This document shows positions 10,481 through 20,756 of a DNA stretch of 64,000 nt, one piece after another. Numbering within the stretch: position 1 is the first letter of the stretch; every line of letters begins with the position of its first letter. The notes below the pieces were generated by a model. It worked only from the letters and a program-made list of their open reading frames with translations, did no database searches and was not told the DNA's origin. The stretch covers positions 1 through 64,000 of the forward strand of contig JBLIRN010000010.1 of NCBI GenBank assembly GCA_049472315.1. The letters are read 5' to 3'. The DNA comes from a bacterium. GTDB lineage: Bacteria > SZUA-182 > DTGQ01 > JAFGSM01. A program made the translations under genes and the position numbers.

Positions 10481-11074
10481 TCAGAAGAGCGTTCCCACAA
10501 AGCAAAGGCCGTATCCGGAACCCTCTCCGAAGACAATAGGGGCGTCGAACCACGCACACGAGGGGGGAGGGTCCAGTGTTCCATCCTCCGTGTCCCAACC
10601 TTGTATATCGTCGAAAAGTGTGGTGAACCTGAGATCAGTCGCCACGCAGGGCGTTATCACTCTGAAGGTGAGCTTCGCAAGCTCGCCCGAAGCCCCCTCG
10701 CTGATCCCTGTGTCCGAAAGGCCCGCAACCACTACCAGATCGGATGCAGGATTTGAAGCCCCTTCCATCAAGAACTGCTTAACCAATTCCCCCTTTTCAT
10801 ACCCCTCGAATGAGAGGATATTCGGATCGAATCGTATCTCGATCCCGAATGCCTCCACATAGTTCGGTGCCTCATGTATCGTGAGTGAAAATGATACGGA
10901 TGAATAGGTGACGCCGGACGGCTCCATATCGAGTGTCAAGGATGCCGCAGATGCTGCAGGAGGGAGGGATACGAAGGGTATGAGCGATAGAAGCATCAGT
11001 GCAACGACCGTTTCGGAAAGGGGAGATACAACTCTCACGGGGTGTTGAATGTATGGTCCGGAACAGGAACGCAC
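10481..11074 (-). CDS. Secreted cohesin-domain protein with C-terminal GxGYGLCFVGTLF motif
   Basis: Signal peptide ending ASAA; AFGIEIRFDPNILSF...GELAKLTFRV cohesin-like pattern; paralogous to the neighbouring gene. Confidence 0.72.
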   Translation of the reverse strand: MRSCSGPYIQHPVRVVSPLSETVVALMLLSLIPFVSLPPAASAASLTLDMEPSGVTYSSVSFSLTIHEAPNYVEAFGIEIRFDPNILSFEGYEKGELVKQFLMEGASNPASDLVVVAGLSDTGISEGASGELAKLTFRVITPCVATDLRFTTLFDDIQGWDTEDGTLDPPPSCAWFDAPIVFGEGSGYGLCFVGTLF

Positions 11075-11718
11075 AACGCATCACCACATTCTGTTTAGGG
11101 TATACACATCAATTGGTCTATTATACGGGCAACACACTATGAGAAGTAAAATGGAAAAAAGATAGCACCATATTTATAATCATATAAGAATTGTATCGTT
11201 TAAGAGGATGTTTTGCAAGGGGAATGCCTCACATCGGTGGAATGATAGGCTTGATCTGCCTCTTGATCACAGCCGGAAATGGTTTTCCCTCTCCATGTCG
11301 TCAGATGGTGGAGGGGTAATGCAGTCCGAGCCCCTGAACCCGGCGGATTTTCGGATCGAACGGCAAAAAGCCATGCCTGTCAGATGAAATAAAAGGAAAG
11401 ATATATATTGAATTCTTTGAATTTTTTCATTTTTTAGATAATCGTTTTCTATGACTTTTATATCGTAATATGATTTAAATAATGAAATCATGAAGTGATA
11501 AAATCCACAAAACGTTTGATACATTTTATTAATTTTATTATTATTACAATACTAAAATTTCAGAACCATACATAATCACCTCCCAGTCGTTGAGACTGTA
11601 AAGAGTTTGGGAAATCCCACAGGGATGGGAACAAACATTTTTAAACTCAAACAATGCAGCGTGGTTCGGCAAAAAAATAGAGGGTGAAGAAAAAGGATGG
11701 CCATTCATCAGGATGTGA

Positions 11719-12480
11719 TCAGGTGCGCCGTAATCCGAGGAGCCTGTAAAGAATGACACCTCCGAGGACCAGGAGCAGGCTGATCAATTGCGTAAGGTTC
11801 AGGTGATCGATCAGGACGATGCGCCAGTCGCCCCTGAAGAATTCGACAAAAAAGCGGCCGAGGCCGTACAGACATAGATAGAGCGCGAAGATTTGGCCAG
11901 AGGCACGTTTTCCCTTCCTCAGGAGGCTGAACAGGATCAGGAACACGGTGAGATTGGCCAGGGAATGGTAGAGTTGGGTGGGATGGAGTGCCATCCCGAG
12001 CGGGGCGAGCGAATTGGGATTGGTGAAAACCACCCCCCACGGAAGATCGGTCGGCCTTCCGTAGCAGCATCCCGCCATAAAGCACCCCATTCTTCCTATG
12101 GCCTGGGCCAGGGCAAGTGCGGGGGCCAGTATGTCCAGGGTCTTCCAGAAGGGGAGTGCGTATCGTTTGATGAGCACAATCGTAGCGATAACCCCTCCAA
12201 GGATGCCCCCGTAGAAAACCAGTCCACCCTCCCAAAGCTTGAGTATCTTGAGGGGGGCGCGGATGTATTCCGCCGGATACATCAACACGAAGAGTATCCT
12301 GGAGCCGACGATGCCGGCGAGAATCACGAAGAATCCGAGGTCTGCGAGCTTCCCGGTATCGATTCCCCTGTTTTTTGCCTGCCTGTAGATAAAGGCGGTG
12401 GCGGCGAGAAAGGCGATCGCCAGCGTCAGTCCGTAGGTATAGAGGGCGAAGGGGCCTATTTTGAAAAGAACCGGGCACAC
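11719..12480 (-). CDS. lgt: Prolipoprotein diacylglyceryl transferase
   Basis: GGLVFYGG, AIGRMGCF, HPTQLY and RFFVEFFR motifs. Confidence 0.96.
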   Translation of the reverse strand: MCPVLFKIGPFALYTYGLTLAIAFLAATAFIYRQAKNRGIDTGKLADLGFFVILAGIVGSRILFVLMYPAEYIRAPLKILKLWEGGLVFYGGILGGVIATIVLIKRYALPFWKTLDILAPALALAQAIGRMGCFMAGCCYGRPTDLPWGVVFTNPNSLAPLGMALHPTQLYHSLANLTVFLILFSLLRKGKRASGQIFALYLCLYGLGRFFVEFFRGDWRIVLIDHLNLTQLISLLLVLGGVILYRLLGLRRT

Positions 12481-12486
12481 GGTGAA

Positions 12487-13146
12487 TCAGCCGCCAGGAT
12501 TCTTGGGAAGATCAAGGATATTTGAAAGCAGAACATCCAATTGCTTGTCCTGCGGCCGCATCCTTTTAGCCCGCATCAATACCTCGCCCGCCTTGTCCGC
12601 CTTGTTCTGAAGGATGTATATCTGGGCGAGGAGGAGATAGGGTTGGGTCTGGGACGGGTCCTTCTGTATCGCCTGACTGAGATAGTCAATTGAAAAACTG
12701 AAATCCTTCAGGCCATAGTAACACAGGCCGATGTTATAGGCGAGTCCCCAGGTAATGTCTCCGTTTTCCATGACCCGTTGAAAGGAATTGAGCGCTGACT
12801 GTAATTCTCCCAGCGAAAGAAGAATGACCCCCTGGGTGAACAGGGATACCGGATCCTGGGGATTGATCCGGAGGGATTTTTTGATGTACTCCCGGGCCTG
12901 GAGTGTGTCGCCGTGCTGGTGGAAGATCTCGGCAAGATCCCGGTATGCGGGCTGATAATCCTCCTTGAGCCGGACGGATGTCTTGAGGAAATCTATCGCC
13001 TTTATCCACTTGCCCGCCTTGAGGGCGTCCTGGGCCTTGAAATAGTACCGTTTTGCCTCTTGGTGGTCGTCGGGGCGCGCCCCGCTTCGATTGGCCTTAA
13101 TAACGCGCATGGTTTTGAGTCTATTTCCCGATTGCCGTTTTTTCAT
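12487..13146 (-). CDS. Tetratricopeptide repeat protein
   Basis: About five TPR-like repeats (e.g. LAYNIGLCYYGLKDF..AIQKDP). Confidence 0.85.
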   Translation of the reverse strand: MKKRQSGNRLKTMRVIKANRSGARPDDHQEAKRYYFKAQDALKAGKWIKAIDFLKTSVRLKEDYQPAYRDLAEIFHQHGDTLQAREYIKKSLRINPQDPVSLFTQGVILLSLGELQSALNSFQRVMENGDITWGLAYNIGLCYYGLKDFSFSIDYLSQAIQKDPSQTQPYLLLAQIYILQNKADKAGEVLMRAKRMRPQDKQLDVLLSNILDLPKNPGG

Positions 13147-13627
13147 CTCTCGTTACAAACAAATTTAAAATGACAAGGCCAAGACCGATGCAGATCGCCG
13201 AGTCAGCGACATTGAAGGCCGGCCAGTGATATCTCCCCACGTAGAAATCGAGAAAATCGACCACCATCCCCCATTGAAGACGGTCCACCAGGTTTCCGAT
13301 TGCACCGGCGAGCAAAAAGGCGATGGCGATTCGCAGAGATGGAGCGCTGTGCGATTTCCAATATACAACCACCAGGGCCGCAATGGCGATCAAGGAAAAG
13401 CCGATAAAGATGATCACCCGCAGGCAAGAGGGGAGGGTGGACAACATCCCGAAGGCCCCTCCTCTGTTCATCACGTAGACCAGATCAAAGAATCCGGGGA
13501 TAACGGATACATTCACGCATGGATGCATGAATGAGCGGACGAGATATTTTGTCACCTGATCGAGAATGAGGACCGAGGAGAATATGCCGGCGACCCACAG
13601 GTGAATCCCCCTTGAATGTTCCGTCAT
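13121..13627 (-). CDS. lspA: Lipoprotein signal peptidase
   Basis: DQVTK, NRGGAFG, GAIGNLVDR and PAFNVAD motifs; ATGA overlap with the ileS stop. Confidence 0.96.
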   Translation of the reverse strand: MTEHSRGIHLWVAGIFSSVLILDQVTKYLVRSFMHPCVNVSVIPGFFDLVYVMNRGGAFGMLSTLPSCLRVIIFIGFSLIAIAALVVVYWKSHSAPSLRIAIAFLLAGAIGNLVDRLQWGMVVDFLDFYVGRYHWPAFNVADSAICIGLGLVILNLFVTRDEKTAIGK

Positions 13628-16407
13628 GCTATGACTGTCCTGCAACGACGGCACAGGGTGGGATGCTGCTCGTCCTCTCCCACACTGGTGCTGAACTGCC
13701 AGCAGCGCTCGCATTTTTCCCCCGGCGCCCTTCCGATCTCTATCCGTAATCCCTGAATCTCGCTGTTTGCGTCGGCCCCGGCTGAAGGCGGCGCATCCTC
13801 ACGGCGTATCATGATGTTCGAGACAATGAGAATGGTCTTGAGGGTGTCCTGATAGGAGGTGAGAAACCCGTACAGGTCGTCGTCAGTCGTATAGAGGCGT
13901 ACCTCCACATCCAGGGAATGGCCGATCTCCTTTTGTGCCCGCGCCCTTTCAATGCGTTTTGACACCTCGCCCCGTATCTCGATGAGCCGATCCCAGCGCC
14001 TGGAAAGCTCGATGTCCTGGCATGAATGGTGCACCTCCGGAAATTGGGTCATATGCACGCTTTCCGCCGTTTCCGTCCCTTCGGGGAGGTGTTTCCATAC
14101 CTCGTCAGCGGTAAAGACCAGTATGGGGGCCATGAGACGATCCATCTCATGGAGTATCTCGTACATGGTCGCCTGTGCCGACCTCCTTCCCTGGTCGTCC
14201 TTTCTTGATGTGTAGAGGCGGTCCTTGGAGATATCGAGGTACAGGGCGCTCAGGTCCACGACGCAAAACTGGTGGAGGGTATGGAAGCAGATATGGAATT
14301 GGTATGTGGTATACCCCTGGATCAGCCGTTTCTTGATGTCCTGAAATCGATGGAGTATCCACCGGTCCAACTCCTCGCGTTCAGGATAGGGGACGGTGTG
14401 GGCTGCAGGATCGAAATCGTAGAGATTCCCCAGGATAAAACGGCAGGTATTGCGAATGCGGCGGTAGGCCTCCGCCAGTCTGGTGAGGATGTCGTTTGAA
14501 ATACGGATATCATCCCGGTAATCCTCGGCAGCGACCCACAGACGCAATATCTCGGCACCGTACTTGTCGATGACACTCTGGGGTGCGATGACGTTTCCTG
14601 CGGATTTGGACATCTTCTTTCCCTCGCCGTCCACCACGAAACCATGGGTCAGCACCGCCTTATAGGGGGCCTTTCCCCGGTTTTCAATTGCGGTAAGAAT
14701 GGAGCTGTGAAACCAGCCGCGATGCTGATCGCTCCCTTCGAGGTAGAGATCGGCCGGCCATTGCAGGTCCTCCCTCTTTTCCAGGACCGCTGCATGACTC
14801 ACCCCGGATTCGAACCAGACATCCAGGATGTCGTCCTCCTTTTCAAATTTCCGGCCACCGCAGTGCTCACACCTGGCCCCTGCGGGGAGGAATGACTCGG
14901 CAGGCTCGGAAAACCAGATGTCCACCCCGTCCTTCTCAACCCTTTCCGCAATTCGGTCGATCAGGTCGGGATCCATGAGTGGTTTCTTGCACGAGGCACA
15001 ATAGAGGATCACCAGGGGCACCCCCCAGGACCGCTGCCGTGATATGCACCAGTCCGGGCGGTTTTCGATCATGCCGGCGATCCGCTGTTCCCCCCATTTG
15101 GGTATCCATCGCACCGTGCGGATCGCGTCAAGGGTCCTTTTCCGGAGTCCATGCTTGTCCATGGATATGAACCATTGCTCGGTGGCCCTGAAGATGACCG
15201 GGGACTTGCACCTCCAGCAGTGGGGATAGGAGTGGGAGGTCTTTTCCTGATGAAAAAGGGTCCCGTTTTCCCGCATGAGCTGGATGATGGGTGCATTCGT
15301 CTCGAAGACGTTCTGCCCCTGAAATTCCTTTACCTCGGCGGTAAATGCCCCCCGGTCATCGACCGGTGCGTATATGTCGAGACCGTATGCCAATCCGATC
15401 TCGTAGTCCTCCTGTCCGTGTCCCGGGGCGATGTGCACGCACCCGGAGCCCTGCTCGATGGTCACGAACGGGGCAAGGATGATGCTCGAATTCCGGTCGA
15501 CAAACGGGTGGCGGCAGACGATACCCTCCAGATCCCTTCCCTGAATGCTCCTCACCACTTCATAATCCGATACACCCATCCTTCCCATCACATCATCAAG
15601 GAGCGCACCTGCCACGATAAAGAGCCCTTTTCCATGACGCACCAGGGAGTATTCCAGGTCGGGATGCACGGCGATTGCCAGGTTTGCGGGGAGCGTCCAC
15701 GGGGTGGTCGTCCAGATGATCACCCATGTGTCCTGGTTCGCTGCCTCGGGGAGTCCCTCGATCACCTTGAAACCCACATAGATCGAGGGAGAGGTGTGAT
15801 CCATGTATTCCACCTCCGCCTCCGCAAGGGCGGTCCCGCAGGAGGCGCACCAGTGAACGGGTTTGAATCCCTTATATACCGAACCGGCCCTGACGAACTG
15901 CCCGAATTCACGAACAATGGTGGCCTCGTAGGATTTGTCCAGGGTCACGTACGGGGTGTCCCATTCGCCGAAAACGCCGAGACGCTTGAATTCCTCCCTT
16001 TGGATGGCGACGAATTTCTCTGCGTATTCCCTGCACTGCCTGCGGATCTCGGTGATATCCATGGTTTCCTTCCGTGCGCCCAGTTCCTTGTCCACCTGGT
16101 GCTCTATGGGAAGGCCATGGCAATCCCATCCCGGTACGAACGTGGATTGGAATCCTGACATGGTCTTTGATTTCACGATGATGTCCTTGAGGATCTTATT
16201 CAAGGCATGCCCCATATGGATACGCCCGTTTGCATAGGGAGGCCCGTCATGGAGGATGAATTTCGGTGATGTCTCAACCCCTTGTTTGATCTTGTCATAG
16301 AGCGATATTCCCTCCCAAAGGGCCAGAAATTCCTTCTCCCGCTGATTCAATTGCGCCTTCATGGGGAAATCGGTATGGGGCAGGTTGAGGGTGGATTTAT
16401 AGTCCAT
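13624..16407 (-). CDS. ileS: Isoleucine--tRNA ligase
   Basis: DGPPYANG, HMGH, KMSKS; C-terminal CERCW...C..C zinc finger. Confidence 0.98.
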   Translation of the reverse strand: MDYKSTLNLPHTDFPMKAQLNQREKEFLALWEGISLYDKIKQGVETSPKFILHDGPPYANGRIHMGHALNKILKDIIVKSKTMSGFQSTFVPGWDCHGLPIEHQVDKELGARKETMDITEIRRQCREYAEKFVAIQREEFKRLGVFGEWDTPYVTLDKSYEATIVREFGQFVRAGSVYKGFKPVHWCASCGTALAEAEVEYMDHTSPSIYVGFKVIEGLPEAANQDTWVIIWTTTPWTLPANLAIAVHPDLEYSLVRHGKGLFIVAGALLDDVMGRMGVSDYEVVRSIQGRDLEGIVCRHPFVDRNSSIILAPFVTIEQGSGCVHIAPGHGQEDYEIGLAYGLDIYAPVDDRGAFTAEVKEFQGQNVFETNAPIIQLMRENGTLFHQEKTSHSYPHCWRCKSPVIFRATEQWFISMDKHGLRKRTLDAIRTVRWIPKWGEQRIAGMIENRPDWCISRQRSWGVPLVILYCASCKKPLMDPDLIDRIAERVEKDGVDIWFSEPAESFLPAGARCEHCGGRKFEKEDDILDVWFESGVSHAAVLEKREDLQWPADLYLEGSDQHRGWFHSSILTAIENRGKAPYKAVLTHGFVVDGEGKKMSKSAGNVIAPQSVIDKYGAEILRLWVAAEDYRDDIRISNDILTRLAEAYRRIRNTCRFILGNLYDFDPAAHTVPYPEREELDRWILHRFQDIKKRLIQGYTTYQFHICFHTLHQFCVVDLSALYLDISKDRLYTSRKDDQGRRSAQATMYEILHEMDRLMAPILVFTADEVWKHLPEGTETAESVHMTQFPEVHHSCQDIELSRRWDRLIEIRGEVSKRIERARAQKEIGHSLDVEVRLYTTDDDLYGFLTSYQDTLKTILIVSNIMIRREDAPPSAGADANSEIQGLRIEIGRAPGEKCERCWQFSTSVGEDEQHPTLCRRCRTVIA

Positions 16408-16530
16408 CTGGAACTCCTGAGCAATATTTAAAAAAGTTATATTTATTATAAAGAAATTATATTATAAGAAACAATCTGTAAATGTATACGGTATCATGTG
16501 TTGCCGGTTCTGTCAAGGCGGTATAACTTC

Positions 16531-16559
16531 TTGAAAGTCAATAAAAAATTGTATATAAT
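16531..16559 (+). promoter_or_regulatory. Sigma-70-like promoter upstream of the FAD oxidoreductase
   Basis: TTGAAA-N17-TATAAT. Confidence 0.6.
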
Positions 16560-16601
16560 ACAATAAATGATACCTCTGTTCTCCTCTTTTTTCAAAGAAT
16601 A

Positions 16602-16618
16602 AAGGTAATCATTACCTT
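16602..16618. promoter_or_regulatory. Perfect palindrome, operator-like
   Basis: AAGGTAAT-C-ATTACCTT about 40 bp downstream of the -10 box. Confidence 0.4.
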
Positions 16619-16797
16619 AGTATGGACACCCCGCAATGCGTCATCACCTATGATCATGGATGATCCTGCCTGGATGGCAGGTGACTGACGCACCATTGCT
16701 TCGGGATATTTTTATATGCCATGGAATTGTGCCATGGTCGGTGATCGATTGACTGTGTGTTGATGATTGCTTATACTGTTTGATGTGATTATGTTGT

Positions 16798-17913
16798 ATG
16801 GATGAGACAACCATTACCATCATCGGGGCCGGTGTTATCGGCCTGGCTGTTGCCGCCGAATTATCAAAGACATATGATGATATTTTCGTTATCGAAAAAA
16901 ACGATGGTTTTGGTAAGGAAACGAGCAGCCGTAACAGCGAGGTGATTCACGCAGGTATTTACTATCCCCGCGATTCATTGAAATTCAGGCTCTGCAGAGA
17001 GGGCCTGCATCATCTCTATGAAACCTGTGAGTCAGCATCAATCCCCTATAGACGCGTAGGAAAAATCATCATTGCCACCGACGATTCCGAGCTCGATCAT
17101 CTGGAACACCTGTTTCAAAATGGTGCTTCCAACGGGTTGACGGAATTGCGTCTGCTGGACAGGAAGGGAATTCATCAATTGGAGCCGAACACCAATGCCA
17201 TTGCAGGGATTCATTCCCCCCTTACCGGTATCGTCGATTCACATGCCTTGATGAAGCACTTGTACCACGTTGCCCAGGACGGTGGTGCGGACATTGTATA
17301 CCAGAGCGAGGTCAATTTTCTGACTCAGGAAGGCGAGCACTTCATTGTCGGGATACAACAGGACGACTACCGCTTCAAATCGAGGGTGGTGATTAACGCT
17401 GCGGGATTGTGGTCCGATTCCATCGCCTCCCTCCTGGGCATCGACGTCGACGAGTGCGGCTACCGGCTTCACTTCTGCAAGGGTGATTATTTCGCCTATG
17501 GCAAGCCCTCTCCGGTTTCCATGCTGGTGTATCCGCTGCCTGATGAATATTGTACCGCGCTGGGAATACATGCCACCCTGGATCTCGGCTCGCGCTTGCG
17601 CTTTGGTCCCGATGACGAGTATGTCGATGCTATCGATTACCGGGTGAACCCATCGAAGGGGGATGGATTCTATCGAGCCGCCTCACGTATCATTCCCGGC
17701 ATCGAAAGGGAGGCCATAGTCCCTGACATGGCGGGAATAAGGCCGAAGATACAAGGCCCCGGGGATACATTCCGGGATTTTCTCATAAGGAACGAGGCAG
17801 AGTATGGCTTCAATGGCTTCATCAATCTCATCGGGATCGAATCGCCGGGACTTACCGCGTGTCTCTCGATTGCGCGGATGGTGAAAACAATGATCGCGGA
17901 AATAATGGAATGA
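16798..17913 (+). CDS. FAD-dependent oxidoreductase, L-2-hydroxyglutarate oxidase (LhgO) family
   Basis: IIGAGVIG, ETSSRNSEVIHAGIYY and GIESPGLTA motifs. Confidence 0.9.
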   Translation: MDETTITIIGAGVIGLAVAAELSKTYDDIFVIEKNDGFGKETSSRNSEVIHAGIYYPRDSLKFRLCREGLHHLYETCESASIPYRRVGKIIIATDDSELDHLEHLFQNGASNGLTELRLLDRKGIHQLEPNTNAIAGIHSPLTGIVDSHALMKHLYHVAQDGGADIVYQSEVNFLTQEGEHFIVGIQQDDYRFKSRVVINAAGLWSDSIASLLGIDVDECGYRLHFCKGDYFAYGKPSPVSMLVYPLPDEYCTALGIHATLDLGSRLRFGPDDEYVDAIDYRVNPSKGDGFYRAASRIIPGIEREAIVPDMAGIRPKIQGPGDTFRDFLIRNEAEYGFNGFINLIGIESPGLTACLSIARMVKTMIAEIME

Positions 17914-18174
17914 AAGGCATAAGTAGTTGGGACATACGAGTGTCTTTTTATTATTCGAGCAATAATGCGCAGGCGGAAATATTTTTTACTGTGCTGTCTA
18001 TGGTGTAAGTTATACACAGTGTGAAAAAATTTCACTATTTGTTACTGCCTTTGGAAGGAAGAGGGGTATTTTGGACCCAAGATTACTTTTTACAAAGGGG
18101 GGACATCGTACATAAAACAAAATTTAATATAAATAATACCACAATATTATTAATTATTGCAGCAAAGAGGGGGT

Positions 18175-18190
18175 TGGCATGTGTCTTGCT
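18175..18190 (+). promoter_or_regulatory. Sigma-54 (-24/-12) promoter
   Basis: TGGCATG-TGTC-TTGCT matches TGGCACG-N4-TTGCW with correct GG/GC spacing; preceded by a very AT-rich tract. Confidence 0.65.
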
Positions 18191-18284
18191 GAAAAAAATA
18201 GGAATAATGGGGTCTGTCTCGACATCCCTCTTGGTTTGCCGCAGAAACCGTTAATGTATGGATGAACGTCTGAAGGAGAAATAG

Positions 18285-20756
18285 ATGAGCTTTCATGGCA
18301 TCTCTTTACGTAAACCCATAGAGGAAATGTACCCGATACGGTATCATATCCTGGTCGCATCCATTCTCATATGTGCCTCGCTGGTGCTCATCCTTGTACC
18401 CGGAAGGGGGATAGCCCAGACCGGCAGCATTTCAGGGAAGGTCCATGAATACCTGCATCCCACCGTACCCATTTATGGCATTCAGGTGACCGTCTTTGAT
18501 CAGAGCAATAGCCCGGTCAGGAATGTGATGACCGATCCGAATTTTCCGTATGATCCCAATAGCACCGAGCCCAAATGGGTCGACGGATATTTTAAAATCG
18601 ACAAACTACCCGTGGGAAAATACCGGGTGTGCGCCATGGGACCAACATATGACGAGGATGGAGATCCCATCTACTGGGTATCGGAATGCTATGAAACCAA
18701 TTGTACCGGTCCGCAGTGCGGCTATTATATCACCGAGTATCCGGAAGATTTTGCCAACACCCTCGTGCAGGTCAATCAAGGACTGACCACCACGGGCGTC
18801 AATTTTTACCTTGCCGGCGCCGGACAGATCGAAGGGGATGTATATACACATACCGGCTATCCGGATTATTATGTCTCGTACAAGATGACCGTCAAGTACA
18901 AGGACAATCCCCCTCTGGTTCTTCCACAGTATTCAAGTGCCAACATAACCGACGAAGGATACAGGATTGTGAACTGTGCTCCGGGCGACTATATCATCAA
19001 GGTCGAGGACTGGATTCAAGTCACCAATCCCTATGACGCATATTATATGACCTTGTACTGGCCCCAGAAATACGCCGAGGCGCAGGCCACGCGCATTACC
19101 CTGGGCTGCGGGCAGAACAATGTGAAGACCGGAATCAATTTTCAAATGAAGACGGGTGGAGTGATCCAGGGGTATATCAAGAAACAAAAAGAGAATGATC
19201 CCAACCAGGTCAACACCAGGTTTGCGGATGTGGTCCTTATCGAGGAGAACCTGGGATACATGCAGACCATGCAGACCAACCAGTTTCCGATTGTGGACCC
19301 TGGTGATCCCAATCATGTGGTCTCCTTTGTCACCGGCAGATACAAGTTCGGGGGGCTCTCGCCGGGAAATTATGCACTGTATGCGGAACTGGTGGGTGCC
19401 CAGGGCGAAAATGATCCCGAGCCGCCCAACATCGACTACCTTGGTGAATTTTACAACAATCTGCATTTCAAGTCTCAGCTTGATCCTTCGTATGAGCAGC
19501 AGATCACCCGCATCGCGATTACGGGACCGGACCAGACCAAGAACATCGACGTGGTCCTTGACCGCGCCCCCAAATTGAGCGGAAAGGTCACCAGGAGCGG
19601 CACCAGTACCGCCTTGCCGGGGATACAGATATTCATCAATGAAAAATCAACCGGCCGATTCATTGCAGACACGACCACCGACAGCACCGGCAATTACCTG
19701 TTCGAATCCTCACGGGGAATCCTGCCCACCCTTTACACCGTTACAGCTTGGGACCCAAATGCCGTGTATGTGCCGTCTGAATCCGATATCACCATGGCGG
19801 TGAACCAGCAGTATACCAAGAACCTGTCCATGACAATCGGCTCTACGGGTGTAGGGACGATCTCCGGCCGGGTCTTTCTGGACGATGACCCTGCAGAGCC
19901 TATAGGGGGCATCCATGTGGTGGCCTACAGCATCAGCCTCAAAAAGGCGTACGAAACAACTACCAATGTAAATGGCGAGTATATGATCGAGGGGATCAGG
20001 AGCGGATATGTCCTCGTCTTTACCGGCAAGGAAGAGGAGGTCATGAGCAGGCTCTACAAGGACCTCAACGTGCCTCCTGACGGTTATCAGCAGTCCCCTG
20101 AGAACCTGGATCAACTGGTGATCATCGCGGGCAGCCAAAGACGCTTGTACCTCGGTGTCAACGAGCATATCGCCGGGATCGATATCGGGGTTTCTTCCTT
20201 CAGGCACACCTTCAATTCCGGCCTCAATCTGTATGGATATCCCGGGGAGCCGGTCGTTGAATACGAAACGGCATACAAACTTTGCAAGGGCATAGGAGAT
20301 GATCTGCACAAGCTCGTGTGGCTTGATGCCAATACGGATGCCTGGCATTCCGTATGGCTCAATACAGCCGATCCCAATCATCCCCCTGTCGGTGTCAACT
20401 GCTCCATAACTCCGGGGAACGGGTATATAATCTTCATGAATGAGACAGTCGAATCTATGGTGCTGCCGCCGTTTACCATTACCTTCCCCGACTATTACGC
20501 CCTGGAGTCAGGGAAGAATCTCTTCTCCTATCCACCCTCTCTCTATCGACCCCTGCAGACGTCATCCGAGCTTATCTCCGCAATCGATGATCCGGATGCG
20601 GTGTCGTGTGTGCGCTCGTATGACAGCTTCACCGGGCAATGGAAGAGCAATGTCCGGATATGGGGACGACCCTGTTCGGGAGTGTTCCCGCTTCGGCAGG
20701 GAGATGCCTATTTGGTGGAGATGAGATCGTTTCAGTACCTCATCCCTCCGCAATAG
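18285..20756 (+). CDS. Large secreted protein with carboxypeptidase-regulatory-like (beta-sandwich) repeats and a duplicated C-terminal domain
   Basis: Signal-like segment; repeated G-x-I-S-G-x-V domain starts; C-terminal pair FNSGLNLYGYP...GNGYIIFM / LESGKNLFSYP...GDAYLVEM. True start may be a later ATG. Confidence 0.8.
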   Translation: MSFHGISLRKPIEEMYPIRYHILVASILICASLVLILVPGRGIAQTGSISGKVHEYLHPTVPIYGIQVTVFDQSNSPVRNVMTDPNFPYDPNSTEPKWVDGYFKIDKLPVGKYRVCAMGPTYDEDGDPIYWVSECYETNCTGPQCGYYITEYPEDFANTLVQVNQGLTTTGVNFYLAGAGQIEGDVYTHTGYPDYYVSYKMTVKYKDNPPLVLPQYSSANITDEGYRIVNCAPGDYIIKVEDWIQVTNPYDAYYMTLYWPQKYAEAQATRITLGCGQNNVKTGINFQMKTGGVIQGYIKKQKENDPNQVNTRFADVVLIEENLGYMQTMQTNQFPIVDPGDPNHVVSFVTGRYKFGGLSPGNYALYAELVGAQGENDPEPPNIDYLGEFYNNLHFKSQLDPSYEQQITRIAITGPDQTKNIDVVLDRAPKLSGKVTRSGTSTALPGIQIFINEKSTGRFIADTTTDSTGNYLFESSRGILPTLYTVTAWDPNAVYVPSESDITMAVNQQYTKNLSMTIGSTGVGTISGRVFLDDDPAEPIGGIHVVAYSISLKKAYETTTNVNGEYMIEGIRSGYVLVFTGKEEEVMSRLYKDLNVPPDGYQQSPENLDQLVIIAGSQRRLYLGVNEHIAGIDIGVSSFRHTFNSGLNLYGYPGEPVVEYETAYKLCKGIGDDLHKLVWLDANTDAWHSVWLNTADPNHPPVGVNCSITPGNGYIIFMNETVESMVLPPFTITFPDYYALESGKNLFSYPPSLYRPLQTSSELISAIDDPDAVSCVRSYDSFTGQWKSNVRIWGRPCSGVFPLRQGDAYLVEMRSFQYLIPPQ

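Noticed and set aside
11320..11365. 6S RNA-like words (CCCCTGAACCC / GGGTTCAGGGG)
   Set aside because: I could not build the long rod structure with a central bubble.
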